Positions 9,650 to 18,179 are shown, counted from the stretch's first letter. The stretch is DNA of 64,000 nucleotides from Candidatus Yanofskybacteria bacterium (GCA_020847715.1 JADLBM010000021.1:800-64799); one strand, 5' to 3'. A program made the numbers and translations. Notes: a model not told the origin generated them from the letters alone.

Positions 9650-10060
9650 CTACGATGTGCGCTTCACAAACCGCGTCTTAATCGGAAGCTTGTGCGCCGC
9701 GAGACGAAGCGCCTCACGAGCAACCTGCTCGGTAACGCCGTCGACTTCGAACAACACGCGTCCTGCTTCAACGACCGCAACGAAGTGACTCAGTCCTCCG
9801 CGACCGCCTCCCATACCAACCTCAGCTGATTTGGCAGTACGAGGCTTGTCGGGGAACACGCGGGTCCAAATCTTGCCACCACGCGCGAACATGCGAGACA
9901 TGGCGCGGCGAGCGGACTCGAGCTGGTTGGCCTTCAACCACGAAGACTCTTCCGCCTTCAGCCCGAAGCTTCCAAAAGAAAGCGTCGTGCCACGGAACGC
10001 CTTCGCTTTGAGGCGACCCTTGTGGACTTTCGTTCGTTTGACGCGGCTTGGTTGCAACAT
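9650..10060 (-). CDS. rplP: 50S ribosomal protein L16
   Basis: MLQP, VFPDKP, AAHKLP. Confidence 0.97.
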   Translation of the reverse strand: MLQPSRVKRTKVHKGRLKAKAFRGTTLSFGSFGLKAEESSWLKANQLESARRAMSRMFARGGKIWTRVFPDKPRTAKSAEVGMGGGRGGLSHFVAVVEAGRVLFEVDGVTEQVAREALRLAAHKLPIKTRFVKRTS

Positions 10061-10082
10061 GGTCGAAAAGTTTCAGCGTTCG

Positions 10083-10733
10083 TTATGCGTTCTTCTCTGC
10101 TTCAAAGACTTCACCCTTGTAGACCCACACCTTGATACCGACGGTACCGTAGGTGGTGTGTGCGGTCGCGCGGACGAAATCCACATCGGCACGGAGCGTC
10201 TGGAGCGGGAGCGAGCCCTCTTCCATATGCTCAACGCGTGCGATCTCGGCGCCGTCCAAGCGACCCGACAACTGCAACTTCACACCCTTCACGGCGCGAC
10301 TCGCCATCACCTTCTGGATGGTCATCTTCATGATGCGGCGGTACGGCGTGCGGCGTTCGATCTGGTCCACAATGTGCTCGGCAATAACCGCAGCAGAACC
10401 GTCCGGATTCTTCACTTCCTGCACTTCGAGCTGCAACGGCACCTTGAACTTGAGCAGCTTGCCAAGTTTCTGGTTAAGCTCCTGAATGCCTGCACCGCCG
10501 CGGCCGATAATGAGACCCGGGCGAGCGGAGTTGATGGTCACGCGGATGGCGTTATTGCCACGCTCGATGAGAATGGAATCAACGCCCATGTTCTTCAGGC
10601 GCTTGCCCAAGAACTCGCGAATGGCAAGATCATCCTTCAAGAACTGCGGATACTTGGCGCCGCCAAACCAGCGAGACGACCAGTCCCTGTTGATGCCCAA
10701 CCTCATTGATACCGGTGATGCTTTCTGTCCCAT
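10083..10733 (-). CDS. rpsC: 30S ribosomal protein S3
   Basis: MGQK, RPGLIIGRGG, GRLDGAEIAR. Confidence 0.98.
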   Translation of the reverse strand: MGQKASPVSMRLGINRDWSSRWFGGAKYPQFLKDDLAIREFLGKRLKNMGVDSILIERGNNAIRVTINSARPGLIIGRGGAGIQELNQKLGKLLKFKVPLQLEVQEVKNPDGSAAVIAEHIVDQIERRTPYRRIMKMTIQKVMASRAVKGVKLQLSGRLDGAEIARVEHMEEGSLPLQTLRADVDFVRATAHTTYGTVGIKVWVYKGEVFEAEKNA

Positions 10734-10742
10734 GGTTGAAGT

Positions 10743-11147
10743 TTAGAGGTTCGAATCAGTTGCCGCCTTCTCGCTTGCCTTCTTCTTGGTGGTCGCCTTC
10801 TTCGGCTTTGCCTCGCCGCCTTCCAGCACGACGCATACGCGGCTCGTTTTCTTCTCGATTGGATTTGCGCGGCCGAAGCCCTTCGGTACGAACCGCTTGA
10901 GCTTCATGCCCTCATCCACCCACATATCCTTGATGACCAAGGTCTCGGGGTCGAGCTTGAAAGTGTTTTCCGCGTTCGCAACCGCTGAGCGCAAGAGCTT
11001 CACGAGGTGCTCGCTGGAACGCTTCGGCGCATGGGTAAGCTGATCGAGCGCGACCTGCACGTTCTTGCGCTTGATGAGGTCGACCAGCAGCCGCACCTTG
11101 CGAGGCGCGATGCGGAGTCCGTTCAGTTGTGCCTTCACCTGGGTCAT
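10743..11147 (-). CDS. rplV: 50S ribosomal protein L22
   Basis: RIAPRKVRL, SAVANAEN. Confidence 0.97.
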   Translation of the reverse strand: MTQVKAQLNGLRIAPRKVRLLVDLIKRKNVQVALDQLTHAPKRSSEHLVKLLRSAVANAENTFKLDPETLVIKDMWVDEGMKLKRFVPKGFGRANPIEKKTSRVCVVLEGGEAKPKKATTKKKASEKAATDSNL

Positions 11148-11155
11148 GCGATTGA

Positions 11156-11506
11156 TTATTTCTTAGCGGGCGCAGCGGCGGCAGGCTCTTTCGCGGCCTT
11201 GGCTGCATCGATCTCCTTCTGCTTCTGAGCGGCTTCCTGCTCCTTCTGCATGCGGCCTCCGTGGCGTGCGAACTTCTTCGTATGCGCGAATTCGCCCAAC
11301 TTATGACCGACCATATCCTCAGTGACCAACACAGGGATGTGCACCCTACCATTGTGAACACCGAAGGTAAAGCCAATCATTTCCGGAATAATGGTGCTGG
11401 CGCGGGCCCACGTCTTGATAATCTTCTTCTCGCCCGCCTTCAAGGCAGACACCTTCTTCAGGAGCTTCGCATCCACATACGGGCCTTTTTTGAGTGATCG
11501 CGACAT
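11156..11506 (-). CDS. rpsS: 30S ribosomal protein S19
   Basis: [17 protein letters not shown]; Ala/Lys-rich C-terminal extension. Confidence 0.98.
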   Translation of the reverse strand: MSRSLKKGPYVDAKLLKKVSALKAGEKKIIKTWARASTIIPEMIGFTFGVHNGRVHIPVLVTEDMVGHKLGEFAHTKKFARHGGRMQKEQEAAQKQKEIDAAKAAKEPAAAAPAKK

Positions 11507-11512
11507 GGTGGA

Positions 11513-12340
11513 TTATTTGATGCGGCGGCGCACGATGAACTTCGCCGATTTCTTCTTCGGATTGCGCGTCTTGTGTCCGCCGGTCGTCTTGCCGTGCATC
11601 GTCTTCGGGCGGCGCGTACCACGACCCTGGCGGCCTTCTCCTCCACCGTACGGGTGGTCAACCGGGTTCTTGGCGGTACCGCGAACCTTCGGGCGACGAC
11701 CGAGCCAGCGGGAGCGTCCGGCTTTTCCAAGGGCGATGGTCATGTGTTCGGCATTGGACAGCTGCCCAATGGATGCATAGCACTCACCGAGCACGAGGCG
11801 CATCTCGGACGACGGAAGCTGAACCTGCGTAAGCGCGCCGTCATGGGCGAGCACCATCGCACCGGTCCCTGCGGAGCGGACGATGAGTCCTCCCTGTCCG
11901 GGACGGAGCTCGATGTTGTGCACCAGCGTACCCTGCGGTACATTGCGCAGCTTCATACGATTGCCAGGGCGGACCGGAGTCTTCTCCGCGGTCACCACGG
12001 TATCGCCAACATTCAATTCCTGCGGCGCAAGGATGTAGCGCTTCTCCCCATCGCGGTAGTTCAGCAAGGCGATGCGCGAAGTGCGGTTCGGGTCGTACTC
12101 GATAGCGGCGACCTTCGCCGGAATGTCGAATTTGTTCTGCTTGAAATCGATCCAGCGGTAGAGACGCTTCACGCCGCCTCCGCGATGCATCGAGGTGACA
12201 CGGCCCTGATTATTGCGACCAACCTTGCGGTGGCGGCCACCCGTGAGGGATTTCAGCGGCTTGGCAGACTTCGTCAGATTGCTGAAGTCGTATCCCTGTG
12301 CGTGCCGACGCGACGGAGTTGTAGGCTTGTAGTCTTTCAT
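11513..12340 (-). CDS. rplB: 50S ribosomal protein L2
   Basis: IEYDPNR, NPVDHPYGGGEG. Confidence 0.98.
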   Translation of the reverse strand: MKDYKPTTPSRRHAQGYDFSNLTKSAKPLKSLTGGRHRKVGRNNQGRVTSMHRGGGVKRLYRWIDFKQNKFDIPAKVAAIEYDPNRTSRIALLNYRDGEKRYILAPQELNVGDTVVTAEKTPVRPGNRMKLRNVPQGTLVHNIELRPGQGGLIVRSAGTGAMVLAHDGALTQVQLPSSEMRLVLGECYASIGQLSNAEHMTIALGKAGRSRWLGRRPKVRGTAKNPVDHPYGGGEGRQGRGTRRPKTMHGKTTGGHKTRNPKKKSAKFIVRRRIK

Positions 12341-12343
12341 GGA

Positions 12344-12727
12344 TTACGGCTGTGCTTGCGCGATAGACTGACCGCTCTTGAGCGTGACAATCGCCTTCTT
12401 GATACCGCCCTTGGTGCCACGATGGCGACCAAGCGTGATGCTCTTCTTCGGCAAGCGAACCATGTTCACGGACACGACATCAACCTTGTACCCGCGCTCG
12501 ACCGCGTCGCGCACCTCGGTCTTTGTGGCACGACGGTCAACTTCGAATGTGTACTGGTTCATGGCAAATCCGCGAGCACTCTTTTCGCTCACGAAATACC
12601 GCTTGAGCACGGAGCCCACCGGAGCGGTGATCGTGGGGGTCGCAATCTCCTTCACCTCAGTGACCTGAGATTCGGATACCGGAGCCTTCGACTGCTTCTT
12701 TGATTTTCCAAAAAGGTTGAGCGCCAT
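12344..12727 (-). CDS. rplW: 50S ribosomal protein L23
   Basis: SEKS, ATKTEV, KKAIVTL; N-terminal extension. Confidence 0.95.
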   Translation of the reverse strand: MALNLFGKSKKQSKAPVSESQVTEVKEIATPTITAPVGSVLKRYFVSEKSARGFAMNQYTFEVDRRATKTEVRDAVERGYKVDVVSVNMVRLPKKSITLGRHRGTKGGIKKAIVTLKSGQSIAQAQP

Positions 12728-12731
12728 GGTG

Positions 12732-13391
12732 TTAGCTCTTCAATGAAAAGGTCTTCTCTGCGGCCGCAAGCGCTCCGGCGGTCGTAAGCACGAACGGGAA
12801 CGCCAGCACCGTCAACGCATTCAGGTCCTGTGCACGGATGGTGGTAACTTCCGGAAGGTTCGCGAACGCGCGCACCGTCGGTGCGTCATCCGAGCCGCCC
12901 GGCAGAACAACCAACACGCGACCGCCTGCGCGGTAGCCATCGAATCCCTTGGTGTGAGACGCGATAAGCGCAGCAGCGTCCTTGGTCTTGCCCGTCGAAA
13001 CCGCAAGCGCATCAACAACACGGAGGTGTCCGTCGCGGACACGCGCGGACAGCACAACGGCAAGCGCCTTACGAGCGGCAATCTTGGTGATGGTCTTGGA
13101 AAAGTTGACGTCCTTGCTGGGTCCATGCGCCGCACCGCCACCGATCCAAATCGGAGAGCGGATAGAACCATGCCGTGCACGGCCGGTGCCCTTCTGCCGC
13201 CACGGCTTTTTGCCGCCGCCGCGAACTTCGGAGCGCGTCTTCGCATGGGCGAGCACCTGTCGCTGATTGCTCATCTGCGAGGTCGCAACCTGCCAGACGA
13301 GGTCTGCGTTCATCGGCGCGGCGAACAAACGATCGGACACGGTGGCCGTTTCGTCTGCTTTGCCCTTCGCGTTGTAGACCTTGATATCCAT
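12732..13391 (-). CDS. rplD: 50S ribosomal protein L4
   Basis: GGGKKPWRQKGTGRARHG. Confidence 0.98.
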   Translation of the reverse strand: MDIKVYNAKGKADETATVSDRLFAAPMNADLVWQVATSQMSNQRQVLAHAKTRSEVRGGGKKPWRQKGTGRARHGSIRSPIWIGGGAAHGPSKDVNFSKTITKIAARKALAVVLSARVRDGHLRVVDALAVSTGKTKDAAALIASHTKGFDGYRAGGRVLVVLPGGSDDAPTVRAFANLPEVTTIRAQDLNALTVLAFPFVLTTAGALAAAEKTFSLKS

Positions 13392-13420
13392 GAGAGTTAC
13401 GAGGTAGTGAGCCTGCCGAA

Positions 13421-14050
13421 CTAGGCGGTGATTTCAAGAATGGCGCCCTTCGCACCCGGAACCGCACCCTTCACGGCGAGCACACCGGCTTCGGCATCGA
13501 CAACGATGACCTTCAAGCCGCGCATACTGATGCGCTCCTGACCGTCGCGTCCCGGACCGCGCGTACCCTTCAGTGTGTGCTGAGGGAAGCGCTGACCGAT
13601 GGAACCGACGTGGCGAAGCACATGGTGGTGGCCATGGGATGCAGGAGCACCGTGGAATCCGTGGCGCTTCACCGCACCTGCAAATCCCTTTCCCTTCGTA
13701 AGCCCCGCGACCTTTACCACATCGCCAGGAGCAAAGATCGAGACATCGACGGAATCGCCGACGGCCAAATCCTTACCACCGACCGCAGTTGCCTTGAATT
13801 CGCGCGTCCAACGGAAGCTCCCCAACTCCTTGAAATGCCCGCGGAGACCCTTCCCGAGGTTCTTTGCCTTCTTCGTGCCCGCACCCAGCTGAACGGCCGC
13901 ATAGCCATCCTTTTCAACGGATTTGACCTGCGTGACCACATTCGGAGCGGCCTGAAGCAGGGTAACCCCAATGAGCTCGCCTTTTTCGCCATACACCTGG
14001 GTCATCCCCAGTTTAGTGGCAAGCATGAATTTTGCGGGTGTCTTTGCCAT
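13421..14050 (-). CDS. rplC: 50S ribosomal protein L3
   Basis: KLGMTQ, KGKGFAGAVKRHGF, VKGAVPG. Confidence 0.98.
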   Translation of the reverse strand: MAKTPAKFMLATKLGMTQVYGEKGELIGVTLLQAAPNVVTQVKSVEKDGYAAVQLGAGTKKAKNLGKGLRGHFKELGSFRWTREFKATAVGGKDLAVGDSVDVSIFAPGDVVKVAGLTKGKGFAGAVKRHGFHGAPASHGHHHVLRHVGSIGQRFPQHTLKGTRGPGRDGQERISMRGLKVIVVDAEAGVLAVKGAVPGAKGAILEITA

Positions 14051-14239
14051 AAACAACACAAATTCCGGCCTAGCCGGAACATCGGCGAAGCCACGTGCGA
14101 GGGTATCCATTGAAGGACCTGCCGCACGGTCGGGGTGTCTTAGGCCGGTTCTAACTCCTGCCGGAAACCCCTGCTGGGAAGCCGGTCGCCCGGCTCAAGT
14201 CAGCCCAACGACTATACACGAACCCCCAAAAGAATGCAA
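14051..14239 (-). promoter_or_regulatory. rplC promoter and ~155-nt structured 5' leader
   Basis: TTGCAT(14234-14239)-17-TATAGT(14211-14216); four hairpins between promoter and ATG. Confidence 0.65.
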
Positions 14240-14282
14240 GCCCCCAACAAAAAGCCTGCGCAATGCGCAGGCTGGAGACGGT

Positions 14283-14663
14283 TCACTCCCGATAGCAGGT
14301 CGTGACCGTGTTGCAGATGCCCCGTCCGCCGACGCCGCTCGCTCCGCACCAGTAGTTCCACGCTTCCGACGAGGACCACGTCGCGGGCGTGATGCCCCCA
14401 CCCGACGTCCACCCCGAGTAGCCGACCGTGGCGCCCTGCATCCCGCCCCGCGGGTCCTCGACCGTGCAATAGCCGGTGAAGCCCTGCTCCTGCAGCAATT
14501 GCGGCCCCGCCACCGTACCGCAATGGAAGAGTCCACGCCTGCTGCAGAACTTGAGGCCCGTGTCCTGCTCGGGCGCGAGCGGGTTCAAGCAGCTCCCCGC
14601 ACCCATCAGGATGGGACTCAACACCACGACCATCAACGCGACGTATCGCTTCGCCCGCTTCAT
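14283..14663 (-). CDS. orphan Cys-rich putative lipoprotein
   Basis: Basic N-terminus, hydrophobic stretch, GAGSC; six further Cys; TTGACA-17-TACAGT promoter, AGGAGG SD. Confidence 0.75.
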   Translation of the reverse strand: MKRAKRYVALMVVVLSPILMGAGSCLNPLAPEQDTGLKFCSRRGLFHCGTVAGPQLLQEQGFTGYCTVEDPRGGMQGATVGYSGWTSGGGITPATWSSSEAWNYWCGASGVGGRGICNTVTTCYRE

Positions 14664-14723
14664 TACCCCTCCTCAGCGAATATGAGAACCGACTGTACCA
14701 CTGTTCTTACTTATTGTCAAAAC

Positions 14724-14790
14724 AAAAAAGGACCGGCGCGTGTGCGTCGGTCCGGAGAGCGGACTAGCGGAAACGGAGACCCCAGCGATG
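14724..14790. repeat. 67-bp direct repeat copy 1 (ORF 3' end + terminator)
   Basis: Matches 15453-15519 with 2 mismatches. Confidence 0.9.
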
Positions 14791-14979
14791 CTCTCGGGGA
14801 CACCTGAAGAACTCCCGCAACACGGCCGGGAGAGCGATGGGACCGGCGAGCACGTTGAGGCACAGAGCGAGCCACTTCACGTAGCCGCCATCCTGGCAAA
14901 AGCCCACCGTGATGATGTGATTGACCCACGCCCACAGCAGGTAACCGGTCAACGGCCACAGCAGCCACCACAGATTCAT
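14764..14979 (-). CDS. orphan small membrane protein, paralog of 15493-15738
   Basis: Two hydrophobic segments, LAGPIA, HRWGLRF; GAGGTGA SD. Confidence 0.75.
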   Translation of the reverse strand: MNLWWLLWPLTGYLLWAWVNHIITVGFCQDGGYVKWLALCLNVLAGPIALPAVLREFFRCPREHRWGLRFR

Positions 14980-15075
14980 GCTTCACCTCGGTTTCATAAT
15001 ATCACGGTTTCTTGATTCGTCAAATACAAAACAAAACCCCTCTCGGCCGAAGGGCATAGAGGGGTCGGGAACGGG

Positions 15076-15393
15076 TCAGTGGGTGAACGCGTAGTGCAGG
15101 AACATGACGAAGTAGACGACGAGCATGCCGCTCGCGAATCCGCCGGCTAGCGGATGCGGCGCGACCCAGTTTTCGCAGTAGGGATGCCCGGGAGACCCTC
15201 GGTCAGTCAACTCCTGCCAGCCCGCACCGAAGTTCGTGTGACTGGCGGTGAAGAACGCGATGAAGAACCCGAGGAACAGAACCCAAAATGGCAACGGGGT
15301 CTGGCGACACCACGCCTCATGGGCGGCCCGGAACCCCAGCACGAAGATGAGGCCCAAGCTGAACGCGAACCACCACAGTTTCTCAAAGGACAT
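15076..15393 (-). CDS. orphan membrane protein (about 3 TM)
   Basis: TTGACT-17-TATAAT promoter, AGGAGGT SD before MSFEKLWW. Confidence 0.75.
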   Translation of the reverse strand: MSFEKLWWFAFSLGLIFVLGFRAAHEAWCRQTPLPFWVLFLGFFIAFFTASHTNFGAGWQELTDRGSPGHPYCENWVAPHPLAGGFASGMLVVYFVMFLHYAFTH

Positions 15394-15452
15394 GGCACAA
15401 CCTCCTGATTCGATTATACTCCATTTTATTAGAAAAGTCAATGCCCATCGCG

Positions 15453-15519
15453 AAAAAAGGACCGGCGCGTGTGCGTCGGTCCGGAGAGCGGACTACCAGA
15501 AACGGAGACCCCAGCGATG
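15453..15519. repeat. 67-bp direct repeat copy 2
   Basis: Matches 14724-14790. Confidence 0.9.
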
Positions 15520-15738
15520 AGCTGCAGGAAAGTTGCGGGCTTCGGCCGCCGTGTTAAAGATGGCAATCGGCCCGGCAAGTATCCCGACCAGCAGCGCGAA
15601 AACCTTGACGTGCCGCTCCACCGCCCCACCCGCTCTGAGCGGATACACTCTGTTGAGCATGTAATTGAACCACGCCCAACCCAGAATGCCCAACACGGCC
15701 CACACGAGAACCAACCCGGACACCAGCCATGGATTCAT
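15493..15738 (-). CDS. orphan small membrane protein, paralog of 14764-14979
   Basis: LAGPIA, HRWGLRFW; TTGACA-17-TATGAT promoter, AGGAGG SD. Confidence 0.75.
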   Translation of the reverse strand: MNPWLVSGLVLVWAVLGILGWAWFNYMLNRVYPLRAGGAVERHVKVFALLVGILAGPIAIFNTAAEARNFPAAHRWGLRFW

Positions 15739-15834
15739 CGAACCCTCCTAAAATAAATCATACACCTCTTATCTAGTTGTGTCAATGTCCAACAAAAACC
15801 CCTCGCGGATGCGAGGGGTCGGGAGCTTCATGTT

Positions 15835-16074
15835 CTACAGCAGAGGCACTCCGCAGTCGACGCAGCGCCCGCACTCGCTTACCGGACCATCGTGGTCGCA
15901 AGCCCACTTGCCCACCTCGTCAGCGGCGATGTACTTCGTGTCCTTACTTCCTGCAACATCCACCTTGAGGACAAGGCACCTCGTTCCCGCCCTGACAACG
16001 TACGTCGCGGGCGCTAAGCGTTTCGCTCCGCCCGTACTGGAAAGCCACCGCGTATCAACCCTCTGCTGTGCCAC
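15835..16074 (-). CDS. orphan protein with C-terminal Zn-ribbon
   Basis: CDH...CGRCVDCG; GGAGGT SD before GTG. Confidence 0.65.
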   Translation of the reverse strand: MAQQRVDTRWLSSTGGAKRLAPATYVVRAGTRCLVLKVDVAGSKDTKYIAADEVGKWACDHDGPVSECGRCVDCGVPLL

Positions 16075-16107
16075 TGTTCTACCTCCGCCAGCTGGATGAT
16101 GCGCGCA

Positions 16108-16332
16108 TCACATTAGCGAGTTCACCAAAAGAGCACCGATGAAGAGGACCAGCACCGCGAGAAGTACCTCCGCGAACATCGTGGCGCTAATCACACGGTC
16201 GCGCTCCTCCCGCCTCGCCTGCCATTCTGCGTGCATACCGTCCCAACACGCACCACAGTAGTTGCTTCGGTACCGCGCGAAGGCGTTGCACCCCTTGCGG
16301 ATGCACTTCTTCAACTGCTCACCTCTCACCAT
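16108..16332 (-). CDS. orphan Zn-finger protein with C-terminal TM
   Basis: CIRKGC...YCGAC, hydrophobic tail; GGAGGT SD. Confidence 0.7.
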   Translation of the reverse strand: MVRGEQLKKCIRKGCNAFARYRSNYCGACWDGMHAEWQARREERDRVISATMFAEVLLAVLVLFIGALLVNSLM

Positions 16333-16373
16333 GCGAACCTCCGGAAAGACTCTGCCGCGCTTTCCAAGAACTT

Positions 16374-16661
16374 TCAGTGCCTCTGATTGCGGTCTCGATG
16401 CTGTGCGTAGATGGCGGGGATGAGCTCATTGAGGACTCGCTCGCGAGGCACCTCGGCAAGACTCCGAAACCCGTGCTCCGCAATCCAGAGCTGAACCTCG
16501 GGTTCGCGATTGAGCCGAGTATAGAGAGCGCCCGCGTCCTCCCGCACACCCGCGGCGAACGTCGTGAGCACGCGATGGACGCCGGTACTGATGCGATCCA
16601 CGAACTCTTCGACAACAGCAAGATCTGGGGCGACATCGTCTGGGTCTTCGCCATCCGCCAT
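16374..16661 (-). CDS. orphan protein
   Basis: Starts MADGED immediately after the repeated promoter/SD module. Confidence 0.7.
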   Translation of the reverse strand: MADGEDPDDVAPDLAVVEEFVDRISTGVHRVLTTFAAGVREDAGALYTRLNREPEVQLWIAEHGFRSLAEVPRERVLNELIPAIYAQHRDRNQRH

Positions 16662-16711
16662 GTTCCACCTCCGCCGCGAGGTATACCACATGCGGCATAC
16701 CACCGCAACGC
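16652..16711 (-). promoter_or_regulatory. 60-bp repeated promoter+SD+start module copy 1
   Basis: TTGCGG-17-TATACC, GGAGGTGG, ATGGCGGATG; 2 mismatches to 17636-17695; partial copy at 17174-17203. Confidence 0.8.
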
Positions 16712-16822
16712 AGCAACGCATTGGAGCGTCCTCGCGCCCATGCGCTCGGAAACGAATGGCCGGCCATCCCCGCAGAAAACGAGCGGCCATTCGAAAAAAA
16801 GGCCGTCGGAGGGACGGCCGGC

Positions 16823-17176
16823 CTATCGAACTTCCCGCACTCGCCCATCCTGGATGACCAGCTTCTCCTTCTTGAGCAGAACGGAATTCAGCATGCAGGA
16901 TTCATCCCACCCAGGACTGTCTCCCGGTCCCTGTGCGCTGTAGCGATCGCGACTCATCTTGCCGCATGCCATGCACACCCACACCTGCCCCTCCGGAGCG
17001 ATACGAGGGCCATCGCTCACCGACCCGCTTACCGGATCGGCCGATGAAAACACCGGCGCCATCCGCGCATCGGCAGCAAGCAGGCGCGCTCGCAGAACTT
17101 CCGGATGTCTCCCCGCCAGATGTGGGAATGAATTGATGAGCTCCCCGAACTCCTCCTTGCAGATGCTACACTTCAT
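16823..17176 (-). CDS. orphan protein with C2H2-like and CxxC motifs
   Basis: MKCSIC...HLAGRH; CMACG; GGAGGTGG SD. Confidence 0.7.
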   Translation of the reverse strand: MKCSICKEEFGELINSFPHLAGRHPEVLRARLLAADARMAPVFSSADPVSGSVSDGPRIAPEGQVWVCMACGKMSRDRYSAQGPGDSPGWDESCMLNSVLLKKEKLVIQDGRVREVR

Positions 17177-17255
17177 GCTCCACCTCCGCCGCAAGGTATA
17201 CCACGGTCTGCGTAAAAACAAAACCCCTCGTGGCAACGAGGGGGTCATATAGTGT

Positions 17256-17645
17256 TCAGGTGCGGCGGTGCTCGGCGTTGATCTTGCCACAGAGCGTACA
17301 GACATCCATCGGCCGACCACACCCCACTCGATGCACATGATATTCGTCACAAAATGGCGGCTCGTTAAACTTGCCCGGACACGGCGGCGAGTAGTGCCGC
17401 GCCAGATCCGGAACCAATGCATTGGCGCTCTTGGCCCACTCATCGTCAGGATGCTGGTATGCCGCCTGCGCCAAGAGCCCAAGCGCTTCCTCCGCTGCCG
17501 TATATACGGCGTCCCAATCACAAACAAGCGCACCAACATCGATGTGGAGCAGCCCAACAAGCTTCATGAGCGTCTCGCGAGCTTGTCTGCCGAAGAACTT
17601 CTCGTCCCCGAGTTTCGCCTCAAGTCCGCCTTTGGCATCCGCCAT
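17256..17645 (-). CDS. orphan protein with C-terminal Cys/His cluster
   Basis: MADAKG start after repeated module; FCDEYH...CTLCG. Confidence 0.7.
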   Translation of the reverse strand: MADAKGGLEAKLGDEKFFGRQARETLMKLVGLLHIDVGALVCDWDAVYTAAEEALGLLAQAAYQHPDDEWAKSANALVPDLARHYSPPCPGKFNEPPFCDEYHVHRVGCGRPMDVCTLCGKINAEHRRT

Positions 17646-17695
17646 GTTCCACCTCCGCCGCAAGGTATACCACATGCGGCATGCCACCGCAACGC
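17636..17695 (-). promoter_or_regulatory. 60-bp repeated promoter+SD+start module copy 2
   Basis: Matches 16652-16711. Confidence 0.8.
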
Positions 17696-17772
17696 GGACG
17701 AGCGGCCATTCGTTCGAAAGAAAAAGGCGGAAGTGTTTCCACTTCCGCCTAGACCCAGCTTCGGGCCCTGCT

Positions 17773-17877
17773 CTACCGCCAGTGCTTGGGGTTCTGGCAG
17801 TGCCCCTCACCCTTGAACCAGCAGTTGACGAAGTCGTCCTTCACGCACTTCAGGAACGTGATGAAACGCTCGCGCAC
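17773..17877 (-). CDS. 34-aa Cys/His microprotein (below ORF-track cutoff)
   Basis: MRERFITFLKCVKDDFVNCWFKGEGHCQNPKHWR; TTGACT-17-TACCAT promoter, AGGAGG SD, downstream hairpin + T tract. Confidence 0.6.
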   Translation of the reverse strand: MRERFITFLKCVKDDFVNCWFKGEGHCQNPKHWR

Positions 17878-18033
17878 GGCTTATATCCTCCTGACAGGAT
17901 TCCACATCCCGTCTGGAACCATGGTACACTATTTTATTGAATAAGTCAATACCCCAAAAGTCAATCCCCGCCCACGGGATGATTACTACCCATTATCCAC
18001 ATTGAGGGGAGAAAAACATGCTCGTACAATCTA

Positions 18034-18161
18034 TGCGTACCAAGTGGGCGTTGAAAACGAAAGAGAGCCGCACGCGAATGCGACTCGGGAATTCTTTCGT
18101 GAAGCGAGGATTACTGCTTCTGGGAAGACACCAGAAGAATAGCACGCCTGACACCTGCGCA
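18034..18161 (+). ncRNA. putative structured leader/ncRNA
   Basis: TTGAGG-17-TACAAT promoter; tgcgta/tgcgca and gggcgt/acgcct closing stems; acgaaaga/tctttcgt arm. Confidence 0.45.
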
Positions 18162-18179
18162 AAACAAAACTGTGCACAT

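Noticed and set aside
14724-17712. CRISPR array
   Set aside because: Repeats are 30-67 bp, only 2-3 copies, separated by whole genes; no cas genes
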